From positions 1-64,000 of the IMG/VR virus record IMGVR_UViG_3300029812_000326: a DNA stretch of 64,000 nt, one strand, 5' to 3'. Under the pieces are notes generated by a model. The model did no database searches. It saw only the letters and a list, made by a program, of their open reading frames with translations, and had not been told where the DNA came from. Shown here piece after piece: positions 1 through 9,105 of the stretch (positions are counted from its first letter, which is position 1; each line of letters opens with the position of its first letter). Made by a program: the position numbers and the translations under genes. This stretch comes from a virus.

Positions 1-3
1 ATT

Positions 4-531
4 ATGAGAGAAGTAACTAAAATTTGTCCGAGATGTAAGTGCGAAAAATCAATTGAACAATTTTGTAAAAATCCAAATAAAAAATTGGGAATTGGTTCTT
101 GGTGTAAGGAATGCTCTCGGAAATATAACAAAGAATATCGGCGGAAACATAAATCAAAAATAAATAAACTTCAACGAAAATATCGAAAACGCTCTCAATT
201 GAAAAATCCTTACAGGATGTGGGCTAGGGCATCATTAGGGTGTCACAGAAGTACTGGATATAAAACTGAAATTACAATAGATGAATTGGAAATTTTGGCT
301 CGGAAATCATTCCATTGTCCCTATTGTGGCAAAAAATTAAATTATTTTCCCGAAGATAAAAAATTGAATCCAAATAGTCCAACGTTAGATAGAATAAATA
401 ATGAATTAATTTTAACAATTAATAATGTGAAAATTCTTTGTTATCAGTGCAATATTTCGAAAAGTAATCGAACAGAAAAAGAATTTTTTGAATTTTGTCG
501 AAGATTAGTCGAAAAATTTAATATTAAATAG
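4..531 (+). CDS. HNH-type homing endonuclease with N-terminal Zn finger
   Basis: CPRC..WCKEC N-terminal finger, Lys/Arg-rich linker, CPYC...PTLDRINN...NVKILCYQCNISKS nuclease core. Confidence 0.85.
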   Translation: MREVTKICPRCKCEKSIEQFCKNPNKKLGIGSWCKECSRKYNKEYRRKHKSKINKLQRKYRKRSQLKNPYRMWARASLGCHRSTGYKTEITIDELEILARKSFHCPYCGKKLNYFPEDKKLNPNSPTLDRINNELILTINNVKILCYQCNISKSNRTEKEFFEFCRRLVEKFNIK

Positions 532-536
532 GAGAT

Positions 537-1040
537 TTGATGCACGAATCAGATTTTGCCCGCGAAATAAAACAAAGCATAAATTATCTTTTCCCTGATG
601 CAATGTATATAAAGATCCCTGATAGCATTGGATCGCGGTTTAACACTTTAAAATATATTGATGCGATACTTTTTTTTAATAAAAAATTATACAGCTTTGA
701 GTATAAACAGCACAAGTCTCATAGAGCATTCCCATTGTCAAAGATTCGACCTATACAGGAAGAATATTTGCAGAAAACAAAGAATAATCAAGGGGCTGCA
801 TATTTTGTTTTTAATGTTAGATATAAAGAAGCAAAACGTGTTGATATAGCGATTTTCATAGATATAGATCGTTGGAATATATTGAAACAGGAATTGGGTT
901 CAAGAAAATCAATTCCTTTGGATATCTTGGTGAACGCGGGAATTACAATTTCATATGAATGCATCGATGGAAAAAAAATATGGCAAGTAGATCGGGTCAT
1001 AAACATACAGAGAAACAAGTTGTGGATGGGAGTAAAATGA
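537..1040 (+). CDS. RecU-like Holliday junction resolvase (PD-(D/E)XK fold)
   Basis: ESDF...KIPD...DAILF...FEYK...IRPIQEEYL motif order; GGAG RBS upstream. Confidence 0.7.
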   Translation: MMHESDFAREIKQSINYLFPDAMYIKIPDSIGSRFNTLKYIDAILFFNKKLYSFEYKQHKSHRAFPLSKIRPIQEEYLQKTKNNQGAAYFVFNVRYKEAKRVDIAIFIDIDRWNILKQELGSRKSIPLDILVNAGITISYECIDGKKIWQVDRVINIQRNKLWMGVK

Positions 1041-1048
1041 ACTATAAC
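1038..1048 (+). promoter_or_regulatory. Recurring motif TGAACTATAAC (putative phage promoter), copy 1
   Basis: 11-nt match to the motif at 12961, 28201, 48033 and 62721; lies 10 nt before ATG 1059. Confidence 0.5.
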
Positions 1049-1058
1049 AAATCCAGAG

Positions 1059-1529
1059 ATGAATCTTTGTCCTTTATGTTTGTCGGAAACGTCAGATATT
1101 TTATGTAAATCGTGTAGCATCAAATATTTATGGGATAAAAAATATAAAATATTCAGAAAGAAATTGAATGCGACTGCAACGAAATATAAGGCTCAACATT
1201 CACTTTATGAAATCTGTAAATCGTTATATGGCATGGCATTTGAAGAGGTTGCGTTCCCGCAATGTTACAGCAAAAAGGGGGCGCTTCTTCGTTTTGATAT
1301 CTACATTCCAAATAGAAGAATTTTAATAGAATACCATGGTCGACAACATTTTGAATTCAATAAATTTTTTCATAAAACTAAAAAGGGATTCAAAAATGCA
1401 CAATTGAGAGATCTCAGAAAAAAAGCATTTTGTTCAAAATTTGGATATATTTTGATAGAATTTTGTCCCGATGACAAAATATTCGCTCATGAAATAAAGA
1501 TGAAAATAGATGCAATAAATCAAAAATGA
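1059..1529 (+). CDS. Vsr/DUF559-like endonuclease
   Basis: CPLC..CKSC finger; LRFDIYIP...IEYHGRQHF...DLRKKAFC motif. Confidence 0.75.
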   Translation: MNLCPLCLSETSDILCKSCSIKYLWDKKYKIFRKKLNATATKYKAQHSLYEICKSLYGMAFEEVAFPQCYSKKGALLRFDIYIPNRRILIEYHGRQHFEFNKFFHKTKKGFKNAQLRDLRKKAFCSKFGYILIEFCPDDKIFAHEIKMKIDAINQK

Positions 1530-1538
1530 AACTAAAAA

Positions 1539-1991
1539 ATGTTTGATAAGAATCAATTCAAAGATCTGATTGAGCGCACTTTAATTTCTTATAATCCAAA
1601 ACTTTGCGTTGATGGCGCGATTAATCTTCTTTTGGGAACCGCCGCGCAGGAAAGCTATTTTGGAACATATCTCCGACAAATAGGTGGCGGGCCGGCTTTA
1701 GGAGTATTCCAAATGGAACCAGCAACATTTATTTGGCTTAGAGATCATTATGTAGAAAGGCCGCCTTTTAATATGACGGATCTTGCAGAACGGATCGCGG
1801 AAGAGCTTGAATGGGATCTCCAATTAGCAATACTTATGGCTCGACTTCGCTATTGGATTGTACCTCGCGCATTGCCCGACGCGAATGATATTGAAGGATT
1901 AGCAAGATACTGGAAAGACTACTATAATACTCGTTTTGGTCAAGGCACTACCGAAGAATTTGTTGAAAACTATAAAAAATTCGTGGAATAA
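1539..1991 (+). CDS. Lysozyme/transglycosylase-fold protein (putative endolysin)
   Basis: LLLGTAAQES (candidate catalytic Glu), GPALGVFQMEPATF, YWKDYYNT. Confidence 0.7.
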   Translation: MFDKNQFKDLIERTLISYNPKLCVDGAINLLLGTAAQESYFGTYLRQIGGGPALGVFQMEPATFIWLRDHYVERPPFNMTDLAERIAEELEWDLQLAILMARLRYWIVPRALPDANDIEGLARYWKDYYNTRFGQGTTEEFVENYKKFVE

Positions 1992-2000
1992 AGGGTCAAC

Positions 2001-3206
2001 ATGAAAGACGAACATAAACGATTATATAAAGACATAATTAGCGATAAATCCATTGAGCCATTTAATAAGCATTTGGGTGTTCCAATCGACAACCAGATCG
2101 ATATCGAGCTGCAATTTAATGGATTGAAAAGCGTAATGGCGGCGCTGGCCATGGAAAAGTTAGTTCCATATGCATCAAAGATTATAAGATATGGCGACAA
2201 AGGAGAAGAACTGAGACCAATATATAAATCATTTGTGACTGATTATAAAAAAGAAAAAATATTGCCATGGATATTGAGCTTGCATGGAAAATTTGGAGAT
2301 ATACCATATGTGGCATCGATTTCTCCTGGATGGAACGGCTGCTCCATAATTTTTACATTCGATAAAGATTCAAATTTTCAACCGTTCATTGAAAAGTTCC
2401 GAGAATCTGTCCGGATGAATAATATTTATAAAGGAAAAGTATTTTCTTCAAGTGGAACATTTATTCCAAGAAAAAAAGATATCACCCTCGATAATATTTA
2501 TTTACCATCGGAAACAAAAACATTGATTAAAAACAATATTTTGAATTTTTTCGATAAAAAAGAAATATTTGATGCCAATAGTATACCATTTCGGCGGGGG
2601 ATTCTTTTAATAGGCGCGCCGGGAACTGGAAAAACATATTTGGGTGGAATATTGCATTCTATTATGAAAGATGTTAGTTTTATTTGGACAAAAGCTGCAG
2701 ATCTTGATTATCAACAAAGTTTTCAAATGATTGCGGCATTTGCATCTGATGTGAGTCCAAGTGTATTATTCTTTGAGGATATAGACTATTTGGACCCTGG
2801 AAACCGTATTGTCATGAGTGAATTTTTAAATGTATTGGATGGACAACCACCATTGGAAAATGTTCTTTTCGTAACAACGTGCAATTCTGATAAATTGCCT
2901 CCCAATTTGGGCGACCGTCCTGGGAGAATCGATTGCAAAATCAGTTTTCCTCTTCCGGAAGAAAGCATCCGATTAAAATATCTGCGAGATCTTACAAAAG
3001 CTAAAAATTTGATTCTTGACGATTCTGAATTACAGGAATTGGCAAAAAATACAGAAGGATTTACCCCTGCTCATTTGAAAAATTTTATAGAGTTTGCAAT
3101 GTTGATAGCAATTAATGAAAATTCTATTCATGAAAATAAAACCGTGAAAGTGACTGTTGATATAGCAAAAAAAGCTCTCGAAATAATAAAAAGCGGCAAA
3201 TCATGA
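2001..3206 (+). CDS. AAA+ ATPase
   Basis: Walker A GAPGTGKT, Walker B LFFEDID, FLNVLDG, SRH region TTCN...DRPGRID. Confidence 0.92.
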   Translation: MKDEHKRLYKDIISDKSIEPFNKHLGVPIDNQIDIELQFNGLKSVMAALAMEKLVPYASKIIRYGDKGEELRPIYKSFVTDYKKEKILPWILSLHGKFGDIPYVASISPGWNGCSIIFTFDKDSNFQPFIEKFRESVRMNNIYKGKVFSSSGTFIPRKKDITLDNIYLPSETKTLIKNNILNFFDKKEIFDANSIPFRRGILLIGAPGTGKTYLGGILHSIMKDVSFIWTKAADLDYQQSFQMIAAFASDVSPSVLFFEDIDYLDPGNRIVMSEFLNVLDGQPPLENVLFVTTCNSDKLPPNLGDRPGRIDCKISFPLPEESIRLKYLRDLTKAKNLILDDSELQELAKNTEGFTPAHLKNFIEFAMLIAINENSIHENKTVKVTVDIAKKALEIIKSGKS

Positions 3207-3961
3207 AAGAATATCCAACGGAATCCCTTCATGCAATAAAAATGGGTATGTCTTCAATTGCAAAGATGCCAATATCTGGATGTAAGGAACTTGATTTTTT
3301 GAAGGATTATTTTCCAGAAGATTATTTCGATAATTATATGATACCCAAGGAAAATCAAAAGAAATTGTTGAGCCAATTAGATAATATAACGAATTCCCTA
3401 TATGGTGGCATTCCTATAATTTGTGCGGGACCGAAATGTGAGATGCGCCATATCTGTCCATTTGATAAACAAGGAATCGCGCCGGTGGGTTATTCATGCC
3501 CATTGGAAAGAATTTTTTTGGAAAAAACAATTAGAGAATACATTCAAAGCGAAAGCTTAAATATGAATAATAAAGATGAAATGGAAAAAGCTAGGGAATT
3601 GGCAGAATGTGATTTATATATTAAATTTCGAACTCCTGCAATATTATCCAAAAAAGCTACTGCATTTCAAGAACTTTCAAAACGATATCACCCAGAAACT
3701 GGACAATTAATTGAAGAGAAAACAGAAGTTTCGAAAGCATTGGAAGTGCGCATGAAGATGACGAAAAGACGAGATCAAATCTTAGAAGAATTGGTATCTA
3801 CCCGAAAAGGAAAGCTTAAACATAAATTGATAAAACCCGGCGAAGATTATGCTACCGCCGCAGCAAGATTATTAAAAAAATTAACAGACGTTAAAATAGA
3901 AAATGCTGAATTCGAGATTGTTGAAGAAGATAAAGACGATGAAGAAAATAAAGAGTCGTAA
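3203..3961 (+). CDS. Hypothetical protein with a Cys cluster (possible small terminase)
   Basis: CAGPKC..CPF..CPLE then helical basic C-terminus; lies upstream of the large terminase; function is a guess. Confidence 0.35.
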   Translation: MKEYPTESLHAIKMGMSSIAKMPISGCKELDFLKDYFPEDYFDNYMIPKENQKKLLSQLDNITNSLYGGIPIICAGPKCEMRHICPFDKQGIAPVGYSCPLERIFLEKTIREYIQSESLNMNNKDEMEKARELAECDLYIKFRTPAILSKKATAFQELSKRYHPETGQLIEEKTEVSKALEVRMKMTKRRDQILEELVSTRKGKLKHKLIKPGEDYATAAARLLKKLTDVKIENAEFEIVEEDKDDEENKES

Positions 3962-3976
3962 ATCCCATTCTGAACT

Positions 3977-4303
3977 ATGAAATTAGCTGGAACATTAAAA
4001 GAGATAGCAACGGGTTCACTCCTTCAGTCAATTCGAACAATTCATAATTTATCGCCTGAAGCGAAACGAAAGCTAGCCATATGTGGAGGAATTGCTGCTG
4101 GATTTGGAGCGATGGGCATTATTAGGAGCTGGAGAATGAATCGCTATCGAGGTGAAATGACGCGGGAGCAATATCAAAAATTTTTGCAAAGTCAAGGATA
4201 TGTACAGCGATTGTATAATAATAGACGAAGATCCTATATGATGGGTCCGAACTTACAACAAGACCAACTGCAACGTTTATTTCAAAGTGGAGGAACTCAA
4301 TAA
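3977..4303 (+). CDS. Small basic protein with one Gly-rich hydrophobic segment
   Basis: LAICGGIAAGFGAMGII; translationally coupled to the next ORF (TAATG). Confidence 0.55.
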   Translation: MKLAGTLKEIATGSLLQSIRTIHNLSPEAKRKLAICGGIAAGFGAMGIIRSWRMNRYRGEMTREQYQKFLQSQGYVQRLYNNRRRSYMMGPNLQQDQLQRLFQSGGTQ

Positions 4304-4893
4304 TGGGGCTGCATGCAATGGCGATTAGATCCGTAGGATCTGTATTAAAATCGGTTAAATCCAAAGTTATTAAACCTTCTGCCCAAATTGTTAGTAAACC
4401 ACATGAAATGCAATTTATGCGGCATTTAAAAGGCATGGAGGGTAAACTTCCATTTACCGTTGAAGGAAATATTCTTAAAGTTGATGGAAAACATTTCAAA
4501 TTAATTCCATCACTAGAAAAATCCGGAATAAATAGAGCGAATGAATTGCGGCTTCAATCAAATGTTAGTTCAACGGAACAATTAGTAACTGCTCTCCATG
4601 AAGTTGGACATATAAAAGATCCCTATCTAAGCTGGTATCTTACTGATCCCAAACAAATGATAAGACAGGAATTACGCGCATGGAAATGGGCTAGCAGGCT
4701 CGCTATTAAAACTGGATGGATAAGTAATCCAGAAATCCGGGCCACGCTAGTGAGAGAAAGGCGCGCCGCTATTGTCAGTTATGAAAGTAAACTTGGCGTT
4801 TGGTCAAAAGATAATATGCATGCTGCAATGCGCAGAGCTCATATGGCAAGATTGGCAAGATTTAAATATGAAACAGAAGGTGTGAAATTGTAA
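4303..4893 (+). CDS. Zincin-like (HExxH) metallopeptidase, ImmA/IrrE-like
   Basis: TALHEVGH followed by QELRAWKWA (downstream Glu). Confidence 0.65.
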   Translation: MGLHAMAIRSVGSVLKSVKSKVIKPSAQIVSKPHEMQFMRHLKGMEGKLPFTVEGNILKVDGKHFKLIPSLEKSGINRANELRLQSNVSSTEQLVTALHEVGHIKDPYLSWYLTDPKQMIRQELRAWKWASRLAIKTGWISNPEIRATLVRERRAAIVSYESKLGVWSKDNMHAAMRRAHMARLARFKYETEGVKL

Positions 4894-5012
4894 TGGAAAT
4901 AAATTATTGTATAGATTGTGGAAAAGAAATCTGTAAAATAGCTAAAAGATGTAAAAAATGCTCCACTTCTGGGATACATGATATTATAATGAATTTCCAA
5001 AATAAGATATAG
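4893..5012 (+). pseudogene. Stub of a homing-endonuclease N-terminal Zn finger
   Basis: 39-codon ORF MEINYCIDCGKEICKIAKRCKKCS... with no nuclease domain. Confidence 0.5.
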
Positions 5013-5019
5013 GAAACGA

Positions 5020-5478
5020 ATGGGCGTATTTGGACAGTCAAGAATATCCGTGTTTGGTGCAATGCAAAATCAATTGAGACGAGCATATAGAACAATTGAT
5101 CCAATACAATCTGAATTTCCAAAATTGGTTGAAGCAAATCTTAAAAAACTAGCAACTACTCGGAGATTTCATCCATTTACTGTTAGAAAAGGCGCAAGAA
5201 AAATATATGGGAATGAAATAGCTGATTATGCGAGACCGCCGACTGAAAATAAATTGGCACACGCGTTTGCCACACATATTGGTTTAATTAAAGGGCGCCC
5301 ATTGTATCGTCGACCATTAAATAATCCAGCAGCAATGGGAGGTCCTTGGAGATTTAGAATGGAAAAATATATGAAATTTGGTCAACATTTGTTTCCAACA
5401 CTTGGTACACATGTTCCTTTGAGTTCTGCTAGTCGCGTCTTGCAAGGGAAGAAACCATTTGTAACAAAAACTGGATAA
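5020..5478 (+). CDS. Hypothetical basic protein
   Basis: ORF in operon; Arg/Lys-rich. Confidence 0.5.
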   Translation: MGVFGQSRISVFGAMQNQLRRAYRTIDPIQSEFPKLVEANLKKLATTRRFHPFTVRKGARKIYGNEIADYARPPTENKLAHAFATHIGLIKGRPLYRRPLNNPAAMGGPWRFRMEKYMKFGQHLFPTLGTHVPLSSASRVLQGKKPFVTKTG

Positions 5479-6480
5479 ATGAAAAAATTTAAACACAAAA
5501 CAAAATCGGAAATTGCAGAAATATGCAGATTATATAAAAATGGTGCGTCGGCCGAAATAATATCTAAACAATTTAATATGGGCGTGCGCAGTATTAATAG
5601 AATTTTGCATAATAATGGAATATCAGTGCACTATCCTAAGAAATCGGTCAGTGAAATAAAATCCATATGTAAATTATATAGAAATGGAACGAAAACAAAA
5701 TATTTAGCTGGAAAATTTAATGTGGTTCAATCAACTATAAGACAAATTTTATATCGCAATAGTATTAAACTCCGGCGCGATGATAATAGAAAATATAGTA
5801 TTGATAAATATTTTTTTGATATGATTAACACACCGGAAAAAGCTTATTTTTTAGGATTACTTTATGCTGATGGATATAATAATGAATCCAGAAATACTGT
5901 TGCCATTCAACTTAAAGAATCTGATAAACAAATATTAATTGAATTGAAAAAATTAATCAAAACTAATCGACCATTATATTATGTTGTTTCGGATACGGCA
6001 TATGGATTAGCAAAATGTTGGAAATTAGTTATAACAAACAAACATATAAGCCAAAAATTGAATGAATTAGGATGTATGCAAGCAAAAACATTTAAATTAA
6101 CGTTTCCTAATTGGCTGGACAAATCTTTATATTCACATTTTATTCGTGGATATTTTGATGGAGATGGATCAATTAGTATTCATAGAAGAACACTTAAAAT
6201 TGATATTGTAAGTACTGAATCATTTTGTGAATTTTTAAGACAAATATTTAATAGTAAATTCAATGTTCATAGTTACATTGGAAAAAGACATAAAAATCGA
6301 AATAACAATATTAGACAATTACAAATTCAAGGGAATAGACAAGTAATTAAGATTATGGATTGGCTATATAATGGGGCCACCATAAAATTAAAAAGAAAAT
6401 ATCAAAAATACATATCTATTTTCGATATTAATATTGGGAAATACAGAGGAGAAAAATTAAGGTGTTCAGCAAAGATTTGA
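5479..6480 (+). CDS. Free-standing LAGLIDADG homing endonuclease with N-terminal HTH repeats
   Basis: Two HTH-like repeats (EIAEICRLYKNG / EIKSICKLYRNG); AYFLGLLYADG and FIRGYFDGDG motifs. Confidence 0.9.
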   Translation: MKKFKHKTKSEIAEICRLYKNGASAEIISKQFNMGVRSINRILHNNGISVHYPKKSVSEIKSICKLYRNGTKTKYLAGKFNVVQSTIRQILYRNSIKLRRDDNRKYSIDKYFFDMINTPEKAYFLGLLYADGYNNESRNTVAIQLKESDKQILIELKKLIKTNRPLYYVVSDTAYGLAKCWKLVITNKHISQKLNELGCMQAKTFKLTFPNWLDKSLYSHFIRGYFDGDGSISIHRRTLKIDIVSTESFCEFLRQIFNSKFNVHSYIGKRHKNRNNNIRQLQIQGNRQVIKIMDWLYNGATIKLKRKYQKYISIFDINIGKYRGEKLRCSAKI

Positions 6481-6806
6481 ACAGTTGGCGTCAAATTGGG
6501 AGATTCGTTAGTAGATGGCTTGGACGACCTGCAGCGCAAGTTATGAAAGAAAAATGGCCACGCCGCATGGTTGGATTGGGCGCATTTGGTGCTTGGGCCG
6601 GATATCGAGGAATGCGAGGAATAGCTTCCGGTTATAATATGATGGTTCAAAGTCCAGAAGATATGGCGAATCGGGCCAGAAATTATGGAATCTATGGAGA
6701 TGAACAATTTTTTAGGCGACAGGGCAGGATGCCCAGCGCACATCTCGGCCATCCGGGCATTGGTTTAGCAATGTCACGATTAAGACATGGGACTGGGCTA
6801 AGGTAA
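6462..6806 (+). CDS. Small basic Gly-rich protein
   Basis: GTG start after AGGAG; MVGLGAFGAWAGY hydrophobic segment. Confidence 0.55.
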   Translation: MFSKDLNSWRQIGRFVSRWLGRPAAQVMKEKWPRRMVGLGAFGAWAGYRGMRGIASGYNMMVQSPEDMANRARNYGIYGDEQFFRRQGRMPSAHLGHPGIGLAMSRLRHGTGLR

Positions 6807-6842
6807 TAAATATGAATTCGCAATCTAATGAGGGGGCGGACT

Positions 6843-7018
6843 ATGATAGATGGGTTGATACTCGCCGCGATAGTTGTAATTTGGGATATTTTCAGGAGTT
6901 GGATTGTTGCTCCACGCAAAACAGAAAAACGAATAAAAAACATTTAATAAAGTTAGAAGAAATGATGATGAAGTTGGAAAACAAAATGGATAAAATGAAC
7001 GGGGAAAATAAATGTTAG
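6843..7018 (+). CDS. Small membrane protein, probably frameshifted (TM segment plus coiled-coil tail)
   Basis: GAGGGGG RBS then ATG 6843 gives MIDGLILAAIVVIWDIF..., stop 6945-6947; the -1 frame after A_AAA_AAC continues HLIKLEEMMMKLENK to 7018. Confidence 0.4.
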
Positions 7019-7851
7019 GATTTCTTGCTACATCATTATTTTATATGAACTTGACGAAATCAAGATTATTATTTAATGTGGCTATGAGCGGAAGCCCCGG
7101 AGTTGTTGGATTTAGATGGCTTGGCGCAGGCAAATGGTATGATCCACTCAGATATGCTAAAGGTCTTTTGCTTCCGGGTGGGAAACCGCGGACTGATATT
7201 TTTGCCATAAATCCAGAAGGGCGAATAGGAACATTGCTAACTAGGGGATTTGCTGGTATGGCAGAAAGATTTCCAAGCCCGTGGAGCAGAGGCATGGCGA
7301 CTATTACTGGCGCACCAATTGGTGGAAGTCTTCGATTTGGAGCGTTTACTGGAGGAGGAATGATTTCCGCTGGAGAAGCGACAGCTGCCAGAACGAGTTT
7401 ATCTAAAATGAATTATAAACAATTATTAAAAATGACAGAAGCAGATGCCGGAAAATTATTAATGAGAACGGCTCCACACAGTCTTACAGTTGCTGGAGCA
7501 AAAGGGTTGGCCCCTTCTTTAGTTAGCAGTGCCAAAATGGCTGGAAGACTGAAAGTTGTGGGCGGAGTCGCTGCACCATTGAATTATTTAGTTTGGGGGT
7601 GGCTATTTGGTTCATTAGCATATGGAGTTGGCCGAGGGATTGGCGCAGCTGCCGGCGCGGTCCAAACATCAGCCGAGCGAGTAGTTGGGCATATTCGAGG
7701 TTTAGAATTTGGTGGAGGTTTGGCTCCAGCGTTTCAAACCAGATTGGCAATTACTGAAAGGCAAAGGGCGGTCCAAGAAATTGGAAGACATTCGCTTAAT
7801 GCAAGAAGGCTAATGGGAAATGAAGCCAGGCAGATGGCGGATATTTATTAA
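7012..7851 (+). CDS. Gly/Ala-rich basic membrane-type protein (possible internal virion protein)
   Basis: VVGGVAAPLNYLVWGWLFGSLAYGVG segment; C-terminal TERQRAVQEI..SLNARRLMGNEA. Confidence 0.55.
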   Translation: MLGFLATSLFYMNLTKSRLLFNVAMSGSPGVVGFRWLGAGKWYDPLRYAKGLLLPGGKPRTDIFAINPEGRIGTLLTRGFAGMAERFPSPWSRGMATITGAPIGGSLRFGAFTGGGMISAGEATAARTSLSKMNYKQLLKMTEADAGKLLMRTAPHSLTVAGAKGLAPSLVSSAKMAGRLKVVGGVAAPLNYLVWGWLFGSLAYGVGRGIGAAAGAVQTSAERVVGHIRGLEFGGGLAPAFQTRLAITERQRAVQEIGRHSLNARRLMGNEARQMADIY

Positions 7852-8131
7852 TGAAATATAATTATAAATTGACTTTAAAACAAAAGCAGGAAATAATTGG
7901 AAATTTGGTTTACTTGGAACTTGGAATTTTTACAAATCTATTCAAATGATTATACAAAAAATTTTAAATACGAAAAGTTGCATATATAAAGCCGGGGCAA
8001 ATATATGGGAATTACGAACAAATGGAAATAAACAAATAAAAAAAGTTATGAATTGGTTATATCGCGATTCTAATTATTACCTTATGCGTAAATATAATAA
8101 ATATTTGCAATTTAATCAAGATTATTCATAA
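7851..8131 (+). pseudogene. Deleted LAGLIDADG endonuclease remnant
   Basis: N-terminal stub MKYNYKLTLKQKQEII, then in another frame GNKQIKKVMNWLY..LMRKYNKY, matching the C-terminus of 5479-6480 (GNRQVIKIMDWLY..LKRKYQKY). Confidence 0.7.
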
Positions 8132-8141
8132 GGAGATTATT

Positions 8142-9002
8142 ATGCCGCAAAACCTTGATCATGATATGAAGCAAGCACACGATGGTGTGCTCTATCCTAC
8201 CGTGTTGGTTAGAACAAGAAATGCAAGTGGTTCGGGAACTGTTCTTTATTCGAAATTAAAAAATAAATCCAAATCGGAATATGAAACCTATGTTTTGACA
8301 AATCATCATGTCATTGACGATTGTATCAAAATTTCAAAAGAATGGGATCCAATGTTAGAAGCAACAGTAAAAAAGGAAACCAGATCAACCGTCAATGTTG
8401 AATTTTATCGGTATAAGCATTATTCAAGATGTATTGGAAGATTTTCCGTGGAAGCCGATATTGTTACCTACAGTAAAGATCAGGATGTCGCATTGCTAAA
8501 ATTGCGTTCAGTTGAAAAGGTTCCCGCCATTGCGCATCTATATTTGTCCAGTATAAAAGATATCCACGTTTTTGATAAAGTTGTAGCTTGTGGATGTCAG
8601 TTGGCACATCCGCCAATCCATACTCGCGGAGAAATTATGTTTATGGACGATGAAATTGACAACTACAATTTTTGGCTTTCCAATGCGCAAATCATATTCG
8701 GTTCGAGCGGCGGAGGAATTTATCTCAACAAAAATAGTAAATATGAATTTATTGGAATCCCTTCTCGCATAGCAATAAGTGGATGGTCTGACGCAGTTAC
8801 TCATATGGGATATTTTATCCCTATAGACCGAATATTTGGATGGCTCAAAGAGGAATATTATCATTTTATTTATGATTCAAAAATAGATTCCACAAAATGT
8901 GAAAAATTGCGGGACAGGAAAAAACTGGCATTAAAGAAATCTTTCTTGGAAAAACAGAAATCGGAATTGGAAGATGAAGAATCTTCAGATACGGACGATT
9001 AA
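8142..9002 (+). CDS. Trypsin-like (S1) serine protease
   Basis: SGSGT, LTNHHV (His), DVALL (Asp), GSSGGG (Ser); AAGGAG RBS. Confidence 0.88.
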   Translation: MPQNLDHDMKQAHDGVLYPTVLVRTRNASGSGTVLYSKLKNKSKSEYETYVLTNHHVIDDCIKISKEWDPMLEATVKKETRSTVNVEFYRYKHYSRCIGRFSVEADIVTYSKDQDVALLKLRSVEKVPAIAHLYLSSIKDIHVFDKVVACGCQLAHPPIHTRGEIMFMDDEIDNYNFWLSNAQIIFGSSGGGIYLNKNSKYEFIGIPSRIAISGWSDAVTHMGYFIPIDRIFGWLKEEYYHFIYDSKIDSTKCEKLRDRKKLALKKSFLEKQKSELEDEESSDTDD

Positions 9003-9105
9003 TAATTGTACTGTTGGAAAATTTCTTAATGCACTTAATTTGTCCATTGGGAATTGGGACGTTTTCATAAATGGATTGCCAACATTTAAAGATTGATATA
9101 TAGAT

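Noticed and set aside
5479-6480. Group I intron around the LAGLIDADG gene
   Set aside because: The ORF abuts the upstream stop and overlaps the downstream start, leaving no room for a ribozyme core
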